From: Callorhinchus milii
Lineage: Eukaryota
Length of the DNA: 64,000 bases
Direction: 5' to 3'
Assembly (NCBI RefSeq): GCF_018977255.1
Contig: NW_024704742.1
Span: forward strand, 38,442,001-38,506,000
The stretch's first letter is position 1, and every line of letters begins with the position of its first letter. The position numbers were made by a program, and so were the translations under genes. This document shows, in pieces, positions 25,402 to 36,910 of the stretch. The notes beneath the pieces were generated by a model, which was not told the DNA's origin, ran no database searches, and saw only the letters and a list, made by a program, of their open reading frames with translations.

Positions 25402-25707
25402 CTTACCAACCACAACAGTATCCCCAGGGAGCAGGGAGACCCACTTTATATCAACCTCATCAGCCCATTGCCCCTCCACCTCCTTCTTCATACCCTTCCA
25501 GCTACTTGCCTTCTGCTCCTTCTCACTCCACAGCCCCACCGTACCCAGCACCGTCGCAGGCATCCCCTCCAATCCCTGGCCCCGCTTCTCCTTTCCCCCC
25601 TTCTCTCTCTGGAGCGTCCTACCAGCATGGCGGGCCTGGGGCTCCAGCCTCTTCTTCAGGCTATGCACTACCGACTGGACCAACAGGTACATCACTATGG
25701 CCAGCGG
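25402..25707 (+). CDS. SEC31A: SEC31A Pro-rich exon with two in-frame donors (25686 and 25707)
   Basis: YQPQQYPQGAGRPTLYQPHQPIAPPP...SGASYQHGGPGAPASSSGYALPTGPT(G), then ACAG|gtacat or, 21 nt later, GCGG|gttggt. Confidence 0.92.
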
Positions 25708-27643
25708 GTTGGTCGTTGGCACGCGGTTTAGTCTCGTTTTGAGCTAGCTGTTGCATGTTGTTTTGCATTGAATGTTAAGCTGCTGGCATCATTGAAATCT
25801 CTGCAGCATCACAGTTAATACAAAAAGCATGTGGATTTTTAGATCTGTCAGTCTATAGGAAGCAGCATCTCCTGCATGGTCTTTCATTTCTCAAATGGTC
25901 ACTCACCATCTTCGTGAAATGTTGCTTTTCTTAATCTTCCAACCCCACCTCACCCGGCTTGTTCACAAGCATCTAACACAATGCAAATCTCTTTTAACAA
26001 GAACGTGTTGTATGACAGGTGTGTGATATTCTCAGAATGGAACCAGCACAAGCCTCTTCTCACTCCTCACAAACAAACACAGCTTTGTCAAAAAACTTCT
26101 TTGCATGAAGAAGCTATCTCTTTAAATAGTACAAAAGGCTTTAAATTTAAGTGACTTGTAATCTGCGCGATGGAGAGCTGTGCCACTGTAAAGTGATACT
26201 GCTCAAATGGTGCATCTTTTCTGCTACGTTTTGTTTCAATCAACTAACATAAACTCTAAACTTTAGTCCTCCTCTCTGCCCCCAATCCCATCCCCATGCC
26301 ACTAGTGGGAAGGGGGGAAAGCCTGTATTACCCAGTCATTATCTTATCTCTGGCTCTCTTAAACTTCTGACCTCAATCATTAAAGCAAACAAACCGATTC
26401 TTCATAAGTATAAGTCTTCCTAAATATCCTCACGCTTCATCAAACACAGACCAGAACTGTCAGTTTCATCTTCACACCTCCACCAGTTTTATTATATATT
26501 ATCTGACTAACTTTCAAATTTTCATATTGTACAAGCCAACTGATAAGGTTTAGGGCAATAGTCCCAACAAAAACAACAACTTGCATTTATATAGCGCCCC
26601 TCATGCAGAGTAGCATCCCAGAGCGCTTACACTCCAGTGTAGTTCTGGGGAATTGGTGCCATCCTTCAGAAAAGACATGAAACCAAGTTCCCTTCTGCCT
26701 GTTCAGGATGTTAGGGATTCCATGATAACGATTTGAAAGAGAAGGGAGTTTGTGCTGGTAACCTTTCTGACCAGTAATCCTCCAGATTAATTGATTATTC
26801 ATCTCATGGCTGTTTGTGGCAATGTTCCAAATGCAAAAATGCCTGGTGTATGCTCTACAAAACACAGTTACTACACTCTTCTGTAATTAACCTATGCAGC
26901 ACTTTGAAAGCTTTCAAAATAATAAGTCATTATAAAACTTAAATGTTTTTCCCTTCTATAATCCAATCCTCTTTACATAAATTCTAAACGTTAATCTAGC
27001 TCAAAAAAGCTTCAGTCCTTTTTCAGGTATTTACAGACAATGGAGCAGTCCATTTAGTGCCCACTCTTATCTTCAACTATGTCTGCTTTATTCAGTATTA
27101 GTATTAAGATGACAGTAAATATTTCGCTTTTACAAATGTAAAATAGCACAGAAGCATGATATGAGATTGTGTGCACTGTTTAACATACTATTGTTGAGGT
27201 GGATAAACAGGTGATTGTCTGACACGGCAACTTTTATTTTAAGCATTACTTTGCAATTAACCGTGCTCTGACGTGAGGTCTTCAACCTGCTCTGTTTATG
27301 ACTTGGTTTGTGCTTCAAACGTATCTTGCACCAAGGTTCAGTAAACATACTGCTGCTGGAACTACGTCGGGTATGAGGAGTGCTGCTCTGTGATAACTCG
27401 AGCTCCTCCTCACCTCAGTGATGTGCATACATATAGATTTCTAAACGAAAGGTGTGTACACAGCAGCACTTCCAGCCTCTGTTTGATAAATAGAGTCTGT
27501 AACCTTTTAGTGCATGCAGCCGTGTTTAGTGTATCAAGTCTGCAGCCTGCACTTGATGTGCACAGACTCCAGCTTGCGTTTGGTGTGTATATAGCTGCAG
27601 ACTGTGTTTGGTGTGGATACAGCCTGCAGACTGTTTGATGTAC

Positions 27644-27796
27644 TAATAATAATCCTTGCATTTGATATTGCTCCTCACATAATATACTGTAAAATGAATC
27701 AACTGTATATTTTGTGGACGAAATGCGACAGCCAGTTGCGCACAGCAGTGTCCCACACACAGTCGTGGATTAAAGTGACTAAATTATTATTATTAA
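27644..27796 (-). mobile_element. 3' half of the tRNA-derived SINE fused to the LSM10 copy
   Basis: aataataatccttgcatttgatat...tgtaaaatgaatcaactgtatattttgtggacgaaatgcgacagccagttgcgcacagcagtgtcccac matches the SINE copies at 32429, 43900 and 51791. Confidence 0.88.
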
Positions 27797-27843
27797 TGCC
27801 CAGGGTTGGGGGGAGATACCCCCAATGCCCTGTGCGGTAGGGG

Positions 27844-28198
27844 TCATTTCCTGGACGGGAACTCCCTCCTTCCCTCATCTTTGCTCCCAAAGTTCCTGAC
27901 GCGGTGGGTCTGCTCCATCTGCCGCTCGATGGTGTCCATGATATCCACCTAGTCAAGGACGTGCACGTAGCACACGTTCCTGCCGGTGATGAAGAGCTGG
28001 GTGAGGCGGGACCCACCGGTCAGTGGAGGCCACGGCCTATAGGCGGATGTTTATGAAGGCGTCCACATTGAGCAGCCAGCCCTGCGCACTGCTCTCGTCC
28101 CGCAGCTCCACGGTGGTGAGCTGCCCGTGCAGGCCCTGCAGCAGAAGGAGGCTGTTCTTAGCGATAGTGCACTCCTAAATGGAGTGTCTGACTTCCAG
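27844..28198 (-). pseudogene. LSM10: LSM10 (U7 snRNP-specific Sm-like protein) pseudogene/retrocopy, antisense in a SEC31A intron
   Basis: Minus strand reads [60 protein letters not shown] / frameshift / [54 protein letters not shown]. This is colinear with LSM10 (…[21 protein letters not shown]…VDAFMNIRL…LFVTGRNVRYVHIP…HRVRNFG…). Start is CTG; three internal TAG stops; frameshift near 28012. Confidence 0.93.
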
Positions 28199-28606
28199 GA
28201 TGGATACATACAGACTACAGTCTGTGTTTGGTGTATCCAGACTACATACAGCCTGTGTTTGGTGTGTAACAATATCAGCTGCATATATGTCGAGTCACTA
28301 ATTCCCTGTGAGAAATTGGATCACTAATTCCTAATGAGGCCATAGGTCACTCATTCCTGGTGAGGACATGGATCTAAGGGAAGAATCAGGTCACTTATTC
28401 CCAGTAAAGAAGCAGATTCATTCATTCCCGGTGTCGACACAGTTTGAGCAATGAAGTATTCAGAATATTTGGTAAAGTAATCCTATCAAATGTTTGTGAG
28501 TATGCTCTACTTGTTAAAAAGCACACACTGAGAAGTAGTTTGTTAAAAGAAACACGAGCAGATGTATTCGTTCCAAGGGGTTATTACTTTTAATAATATA
28601 CACTTT

Positions 28607-28936
28607 GGAGTCTTGTAGAGTAGTAGTTAGAGCACTCGTATGGCAAGCGAGAGGTCCTGGGTTCGACTCCTGGGCAGGGCCAAACCTTATGCAAGTGCCC
28701 TTACTCCACATCCCTCTGTTTGCCTAGCAGTAAGTAGGAATTCGGTTATTAGTCATTTGGCAGATTGCTTTCCGGAGGTAATAATTACTTTTAAAAAAAA
28801 TCCACAATTGCACGCAACTAGCGTTTCACTCACAAAATATACTAAATTTACTTTACAATATATTCTGTGAAGCGCTTTGAGAACTTTCAATGACGTGACA
28901 AGGCGCTATATCAAAATGCAAGGATTATTATTATTA
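28607..28936 (+). mobile_element. tRNA-derived SINE, full length
   Basis: tRNA-like head ggagtcttgtagagtagtagttagagcactc...gggttcgactcc (B box), body, L2-type tail ending aaatgcaaggattattattatta. Confidence 0.88.
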
Positions 28937-29040
28937 TACTTTTGATTTATCCAATAATACCGCCCCAAAACCATCAGTATTTAAGGTAACTAAAGTATGT
29001 GTCTCTTTTTGCGCTGAATTCATTTTGCTTTTATCTACAG

Positions 29041-29079
29041 GAAACATATTTCCCCAGGACCCAACTGATTTTTTAGAAG
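29041..29079 (+). CDS. SEC31A: SEC31A 39-nt cassette microexon
   Basis: Pyrimidine-rich acceptor ttttgcttttatctacag|GA AAC ATA TTT CCC CAG GAC CCA ACT GAT TTT TTA GAA G|gtgaac = (G)NIFPQDPTDFLE(G); phase 1/1; same size and position as the mammalian NQSIQDQAPMLE exon (recalled). Confidence 0.85.
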
Positions 29080-31669
29080 GTGAACTAGATTTGGTCAAAT
29101 ATTACTTCTGAAATTCTCTTTGATTTTTGGAATCATTTTTGTTGATTCAAAACCAATTTTAGCAGACAGCAAATCACAACGAATGAGTAAAACTAAGAAT
29201 ATTTGATAATATTGCATTAAATTATTTCAGTTATTTGTAAGCTGTATTTTAATTGGTATAAATGGAAGGTCAGAACTGCACACGTCTTTGCATCAAACAC
29301 AGTTTCAAATATGATGAGTTTTCAGGTGTGTAATTTTTAATGTTTATTAAATGCACAAGTATTATACAATAATGGGGATGAGAGCTACTGCTCACATACA
29401 GTACAGCCTCTAATGGCCGTTCCTTCCTCTGTATTAAAAAGTGCTACCGCAACAGCTGGGGTTCAGAATCCCAACTACTCTTTGTAAAAAAAAAACAATT
29501 TCTCCTAAGGTTTGAGATCATGCAAAATAGTGGAACATTCTTACATTCAGTCTTAATTTTAAGCAGGTTCACCTCATTTCTTAAAAAGAACTGGCTTCCA
29601 AAATTAAGATTTTTTCACAATTCTGCCCAATCTTGCATTTTATGACAAAATAGCCAAGATTAGGTAGATTTTCAGAGCTCTGGTGAATGGAGTGAGAATT
29701 TGGGGGAACTGCAGCACTCTAAACAGAAGTGATTTGAAGTTCAGTGCTGGGTGGGAAGATGTGTGCAATTCTGAACTTCGTTCTAAAGCCCATTGAGGTT
29801 TTGGATAGTGTGAAGTCCACAGTGCATCAGGGATCAAAACACACAGCTCATCAGACCATTCTCTCTCAACCTACCTCTCCATTTTAACGCTCATTCAAGA
29901 CATATATTGTCCCAGTTGAATTAAAAGTCACTTTCATTGTCATCAAGTTGTCCCCTGACTTGGATATGTTGCTATTGATCCTGAGGAGGTGGAATTACTG
30001 GAAGATTTCTTCTGATCAGGTTTGATTCCAAACGTCATGGAAACTTATGGGGTTTCAGGATAACTTTGAAGCCGAGGAAAAAAATTCCAAGGGGAAAAAA
30101 AAAACGAGAGATGGAAAGTTCCCATTGAATTTTGAAGATGACCTTGTTGAAATCCTCATTATAGCCTAAGAAAAGTGCTCCTGTATTGCTCGTTTATGGA
30201 TTTGGTTTCGATCCTCTGTGGGCTGTAAAACAAGAAATATTTTATGTCAGAAATTATAACCTGATACAAGTATCAGGATGTGGAAAATAATCATTTCTTA
30301 CCCCAAAGTATTTTGCAACTTTACTACAAGTTATAATGTCATTGGCAGGCGCAGGGTTTTGAAGCACCCTGCTTGTAACCAATCACCACCTGGTTGTATG
30401 GAGTTGCTGGTGTGTGGGTGGCACAGTGATAGTGAACCTTTCCTGCCTTATTTGTATTAGATTTGCGGGGTGGCCTCAGTGCAAGTGGCTCCACAGTACC
30501 ACGGGAAACTGTCTGCCAAATCCACCCCCATTCTCTCTGCCACCAACCACATGTGGTTCAAACACAGGTTATCCACTGTTCTCTCAAGTGTTCCTGGCTG
30601 CAGGTTGTTCCGAATCTCTGAGAAATGACCACATTTCCCACCTATGCAGGCGGGCTCAGCTCTCAAACACAGGCTGGGGGGGTGGGGAGCGCAGGGGGAT
30701 AGAGTGGAGAGTTTAATTCTCATGCCTCCAGAGACTTTGAATAAACCACTCCTTGAAACTGTACTCTTGCTTTTGGGGGCAACAGTGTCTGCTCATGTAC
30801 ATGCTGGTCACACACTTGAGAAAGATCTAATGATAATTGAGAGGTGAACAAGTAGCAACAATTATCAACACATGACAAGGTCATTTCTGAGTTAGGGTTC
30901 AGCTTGGTTCAGTTCTTATCACTCTCGCCTATGTGTTGCAGGATTATACATTCATGCCCATGTTTGAACTCTAGCCCAAGCTGACACTCCCTGCAAAACA
31001 GTCACTATTCTTGACATTAATTATCCTGGAGGTATTATGAGACATTTGGGTGCAATAAGGTCCTATAAGACGTAACCTGTTGTGTGTTTGATCCAGTTAC
31101 ATGAGTAGGACACAAAGTTGAGATGTTTGAGGGAGTGGGCTTGTGTTAATGTCTGCTCTGTTTACCTTTCTAATCTATCTGGAGAACAACCGGGAAACTG
31201 GTTTGTTCAATTATGAAATTGACTGTAATTTGATTTTTGTCATTCCCTGAACTCAATTTCATTGATTTAGTGCTATCTGCTGGACAAGACGAGAAACAGA
31301 CAGTGTGTGTTGGATCAATTGCAGTTTCTTCACTGCAGTTAATACTTGTAATACCACCACAAGTGCTGCTAATTCATATTTGCATTGAAAACTGAAAAAT
31401 AAAAGCGCAGTTTATAAACATAAATCCTCCTTCAAAGTGCTCCACCATTCAGTCGCACTGCTGTCTGAAACCAGTTCTTCCTTACTAACTTAATTTGTTA
31501 AATTCTTGACAATTAAAATGTAATGGACATTTGGTAACAATTTGGAACAGAGTTTTAAAATTGATGATGAGACTGCTGTTTGAACACTTGAGGTACAAGT
31601 TCATGTAAACATTTTTATTTGTTCTCTGTATGTAATTCAGATTAAAAGACACACAATTCTTTTCTGTAG

Positions 31670-31731
31670 GACCTCAGAATGGTTGGAATGATCCTCCGGC
31701 TTTAAGCAGGATGCCAAAGAAAAAGATTGTG
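31670..31731 (+). CDS. SEC31A: SEC31A coding exon (Sec23/Sar1-stimulating WNDPP motif)
   Basis: (G)PQNGWNDPPALSRMPKKKIV; |gtatgt. Confidence 0.96.
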
Positions 31732-32428
31732 GTATGTTTTCAGTTTTATGTTCAATTATTAAAGTTGTAACTGACTTATACGTTCATCACTTATTGTTAA
31801 TTGTCGATGTGCATATGAGATTTTCAGGTAACTGATTGAGGTGTTTCAATTGAATGAGGGATTGACAAGTTAGATGGGGGAGGGGAGTGCTTCATTCTGC
31901 TACAGGAAACCAAAACAAGGGAACATAGAGGTTGAAAAGTGACCAAATAGCACAACCACCACATCATCAGTGCCTCACAGCCAGAAACATCAAACTGCCT
32001 AGAGGTAGGTGTTTAGAAAGTGAACAGGGAAGTTTGCAATGTGATGGGAACAGTTGGGGTGGGGTGATAGGGGAGTTCACTGCAAGTGACATGTCTCTTC
32101 CAGTACATACCAATAGTGAAGCATTAGTAACAAGGTGTTTTTTCAGCCTCAATAACTTAAAATTAAGAGCTAATCCCATTAGAAGTGAGATCAGAAAACA
32201 TTTCTTAACACAAAGCGTTGTAAGAATGTGAAATGTAGTGCCACAGAAGATCCAGAATCAATCAAGATCTTTACAGGGGAGGAGATATACTTGATAAGTA
32301 CAAGTGTTGAGGGATATGGAGAAAAAGCAGGAAAATGGAATGTGATCTAATAAATGGCTCAACAGGCTGAAATGCCCTCTTCCTGTTTATCAATTGCTAT
32401 GTATTCTTTACTGAAGTATTAGTATATC

Positions 32429-32734
32429 ATAATAATAATCCATGCATTTGATATAGCACTTTTCACGTCGGGAGGATGTCCCAAAGCGCTTCACAGAACA
32501 CACTGTAAAGTGAATTGACTGTATATTTGTGGGCGAACGCGGCAGCCAATTGCGCACAGCAATGTCCCACAAACAGTTGTAGATTGAAAATGACCAATTT
32601 ATTTTTGGTTTTGGAGGGATTATTATTTGACGTGTGGAGTAAGGAAACTTGCCCAAGGTTTCGCCCTGCCTGGAATTGAACTCAGGTCTCTCACTTGCAA
32701 AGTGAGTGCTCTAACCACTGAGCTACAGGACTCC
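32429..32734 (-). mobile_element. tRNA-derived SINE (internally deleted, young tail variant)
   Basis: Minus-strand head ggagtcctgtagctcagtggttagagcactc...gagttcaattcc; (ATT)n tail. Confidence 0.88.
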
Positions 32735-33524
32735 ACGTCAAACTGAGAGAGGAATTATAGCTCTGACTTCCCAGCTGAATAGTGCTTTGTTCTTCACTGT
32801 TACTTATCAAGCAAATTAGGGTGTTTTTTTTAAAATCGTAAGTTTGGTTTGCATGAAAAAAGCCCTTCGGCCCATCTGATCTCATCCCTCCACTACACCC
32901 ACTGTACTGTCCTATCACATCATCAAGTTGTTTTTTTTAATAAGTCCTGGCCTCAACCATCCATCCTGGAAACATGTTCAAGTCATTAATTCCCTTCCAA
33001 GTCAAGAAAAACTTCCTAGTATCGGTTCCAAAATTACCTTTTGCAAATCTAAACCTATGTCCTCTTGTTATACTGTTTTGGTACATCGTAAAGCATTGTC
33101 TGGGTTTACCTTTTCAGTTCCATTTAAAATGTTATGTACCTCTATAAGATCCACTCTTGAGTTGTGAGAATGTGAAATGTAGTGCCACAGAAGATCGTAG
33201 ATCCAGAATCAATCGGGATCTTTAAAGGGGAGGAGATAGATACTTGATAGGTACAAGTGTTGAGAGATATGGAGAAAAAGCAGGAAAATTGAATGTGATC
33301 TAATAAATGGCTCAACAGGCCATTTTTTTAAGATCACATTCAAGATTTCTAGTTGTGTAATAATTGCTCAAGGTTCATTGTTCTAACACAGGTGATCATC
33401 CACATTTCTCTCCTTTGCACCTCCCCCTTGTGTTACAGTGACCACAACTGTATTCACTCCTCGAGGTGCAGCCCAACCAGAGTACTCTACAGCCTGACCT
33501 TTTTAACTCACAATATTCTTCCAG

Positions 33525-33788
33525 GTTCCAGGCAATTATACTCCCCCTGCACCCATCACAGCTCCCATCATGAACCCGATGGCAGACCCTCAAGTCCAAA
33601 TGCAGCAGCAGCTGCCTCAGGCTTCTGCTCATCTTCCACTACAAGCTTCATTCCAGCAGCACCCAAGCCAGCAGGTGCATCATAATCCATACCAAGCAAT
33701 ACCTCAGACAGGGATACAACCAACACTACAGACACCAAAGCACAGTTCAGAGGAGGCACCTGGTGCACCTACTGGGGACATTATGCAG
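33525..33788 (+). CDS. SEC31A: SEC31A coding exon
   Basis: VPGNYTPPAPITAPIMNPMADPQVQMQQQ...EEAPGAPTGDIMQ. Confidence 0.96.
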
Positions 33789-34470
33789 GTGCGTAAAATA
33801 TATGCATTTGGTACAAGGTTTGCTTTTGTTCTTAAACCTGTTAAATCTCTCCCCACCCCATCCCCATGGCTCAACACGCTTACCCATTGAGCAGTTAGAG
33901 CCATGTAGGCCAGGAATGTGTCAGATTCGATCTGTGGTCTGTCCTGAGTTTGCTGATCTGAATGGATAGCTAAGAGTGTTGAACCTGGCCTCAGATCATG
34001 TAGAGAAAATCAGTCAGTGTTCACATTCCTGTTGACCATGCAGAGCCTTCTCCCATCGCTGGAGGAACGTGTGTATGTATATAATACACAGTCCAGTGAT
34101 CAGCATCTAAAAGGGAAATATAGGTTAATGCTTTGAGTGTAATGTTTCACTAATGCTGAATTATTAATGTACCTTCCCTCTCTGTATATCTCCAGCATTT
34201 TGTGTTTACATTTCAGACTTCCAGCACTTTTTCTCTTTTCCGTGCCCCACTATGACCCCAGGCAAGTGGCAGGAGAAGCTGACACCCTACTCAACCTGGT
34301 ATATCTGAGCACTGTGTAGAGTAGAGAGGCCAGTCTGTTTACAAAGTCACTGTTGTTGCTGCCAAGCTCTTTGTGTTGAAAACTTTGTGATACATTGTGG
34401 TTCAAAAAAGATAAGATGGGTCACTACTATCTGACGAGAAGTGCACAGTATCTGATTTTTCTCCTATCAG

Positions 34471-34590
34471 CCAGTACAACCACTAACCACTGAGAAAATT
34501 GCCAAGAAGCCCATTCCAGAAGAGCATGCTGTTCTGAAGACCACATTTGAAGGGCTGATCCAGCGCTGTATGACTGCAGCTGGAGATCCA
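34471..34590 (+). CDS. SEC31A: SEC31A coding exon (C-terminal helical domain)
   Basis: PVQPLTTEKIAKKPIPEEHAVLKTTFEGLIQRCMTAAGDP. Confidence 0.96.
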
Positions 34591-34956
34591 GTACGTACAC
34601 AAGCCTATGTTATCCGACTCTATGCTGTACTGTCTATCCTGACCTGCTATCCTGCCCTATTCTTTACTGTCAGATTCTACGCTGTATTATATCTTGTATT
34701 GTCCTAGTCTATGCTGTACTATACCCTATACTATCCTATTATGTGCAGTATTAAACCCTACACTTCATTATCCTAATCTATATTGTACTTTATCTTATTC
34801 TTTACTCTGCTACCCATTACTGTTCTACCCTATGCCAGACCAGAACTTGGCTTAATATCTCAGCCAAAAAAATTGGATCCTAACAATCTCCCAGTATTGC
34901 ACTGGAGTATTAGCCTAAGTTGTAGATGGTATAAAATGACCTCAGTGTATTGCAAT

Positions 34957-35225
34957 CAACAACAAAATTACATTTATAGAGAGCCTTTCACGTCGGGAGG
35001 ACGTCCCAAGGCGCTGGACAATCAGGGGTCAGGACCCAAGCATGGGGGAGGGGTAGGATAGGCGTGAGGGAAGGCAGAGAGGTGGGAGTGCGACCGAAGG
35101 CACGATCGAAGAGGAGGGTCTTGAGACCGGCCTTGAAGGAGGAAAGGGAGGAAACAGGGCGAAGGGACTGTGGGATGGAGTTCCAGAGTGTGGGGGCAGA
35201 GAGTCTGAAAACTCGGCCACCGATG
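34957..35225 (-). mobile_element. L2 LINE 3' end
   Basis: Reverse complement closely matches 15786-16020. Confidence 0.8.
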
Positions 35226-35930
35226 GCAGGTGTACATCTTATTTTGTGGGCTAAACACTCCTTGAGATTAACTCATAGACATAGTTTGCCAATTATTTAG
35301 ACGTTATTCAAGATGACTCCAGCGCTAAGGGTGCAGGTGATTTTTAAAATAGTGCTTATGTTAAACTGTTTGATCTTCTCCGGTTGCTCATTGATAAATT
35401 CATCACACGAAATGTTACTGAGCCTCACAAACCAGGATCGTCCCAGTTAGGCCCAAGGCAAGTTAGTGGGGCCACCAATTAGCCTCACTGTCCCCAAATT
35501 AGCCAAGGTTTCCCTTCCAGACAATTGTATAGTGATCCCTGTTGTAAAGCGTGTTACTGGGTCAGTCTGTGATCTTCTCTCCACCTCTCCCCAGATTGAA
35601 TAGAAAGGCCCATTCTGTTCAGTAATGTTTACCTGCCATTGTAATACATTAAGATCATTTCCTCTACCATCTATACAACCTAGGCTAACACGCCAGTGCA
35701 GTACTGGTATAGTGGAGTTCTGCCAGCATGTGTTTTTCATTATTGTTCAACATGAGTCACCACCTCAGGGAGAGGAGACATTGAAGATGTCAAAAATTGG
35801 ATAGAATGGGGAAGACCACGTGTGATTTAGAGTTCTATTTTGTAATTGTTGAAATAAACTGCATTTGATAACTTTAAATATTTTTTGCATCTATTCAATA
35901 TAATTTGCTCTATATGCTTTTTGTGTATAG

Positions 35931-36002
35931 CAAACCAAGAGAAAACTGGACGACGCCAACAAGCGATTGGAATCCCTGTATGACAAGCTCCGGGACCAGG
36001 TG
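35931..36002 (+). CDS. SEC31A: SEC31A coding exon
   Basis: QTKRKLDDANKRLESLYDKLRDQV; |gtaagt. Confidence 0.96.
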
Positions 36003-36910
36003 GTAAGTAACCTACCAGGATCCGATTACCCAGACATTACCCATTGATGCACATCCATTGACGGAAAATGTTGCCATATTCAATCTTTGCAAGAGAGATT
36101 TCAGCCAGGTATGAAGCACTGCTTAAACCATGAATTGCTCAATGGGGATAATGTCTACTTCAACCTGGTGCGAACTACAGAAACCGAGCACAGAGAGACA
36201 ATGCAAGAGATTTCTAAATCAAAGCTCTACTGATAGGTTGAATAGGTAAAGGCACAACCTAATGTACAGAACTTGAAAATACTTGCAATCCATCTGGTCT
36301 GCCCTAAAGCAGCACTAAGCTATTCTAGAAGATTAAATTTTGAATCCTTATGTCTGATCTCAGTTTTGGATCAATGATTTGCCTCAGTGCCTGAGTTAAA
36401 GATAGGAAAATCGGTGACTATCAGGTGATTCCTTTCTGTGAGGTGCTGGTGTGCAGAGAGAATAAGGGTTGGTTGAAATGATATGTTGAAATGCCCGACT
36501 CAAGGCTCAGGCATGAATTGTGGCTGCTGGGGACAGAGTACTGGATTGGTACCTGCGAATCATCAATAATCCATTTCATTGGCTGTCCATTGCACAATGA
36601 AAGGCACCCGCTTCGCTGGGTAAGGTATTTATTCAGGGTTAACATAACCTTGGACTTAATTGTACATGTAAGTTCTTTTGTGGATCGGTAGATCTTCCAG
36701 GGCCGGGATAGGGAGGGGGCTTGTGAGAGAAAGCATCTGCTGTGTAATAACAGGTCATTGAGGTCATCCTAAAGAGCAGTGCCTGCTGGGTGAAGTACAG
36801 CAAAAAGCGGCTTTGATAGTGAGCCAAAGGCAAGATATGCATCACAGCTCAAGATTAGGATCAACTTGTATTAGTTTTAACACTTGCTTTTTTTCCCCCA
36901 TCTTTTGCAG

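Noticed and set aside
28607..28680. tRNA gene
   Set aside because: It is the tRNA-derived head of a SINE; no intact cloverleaf.
30461..30567. Possible extra SEC31A exon (ttag|ATTTGCGGGG...ACACAG|gttatc)
   Set aside because: 107 nt and not frame-preserving between phase-1 neighbours; no recognisable homology. It could only be a poison exon, for which I have no evidence.
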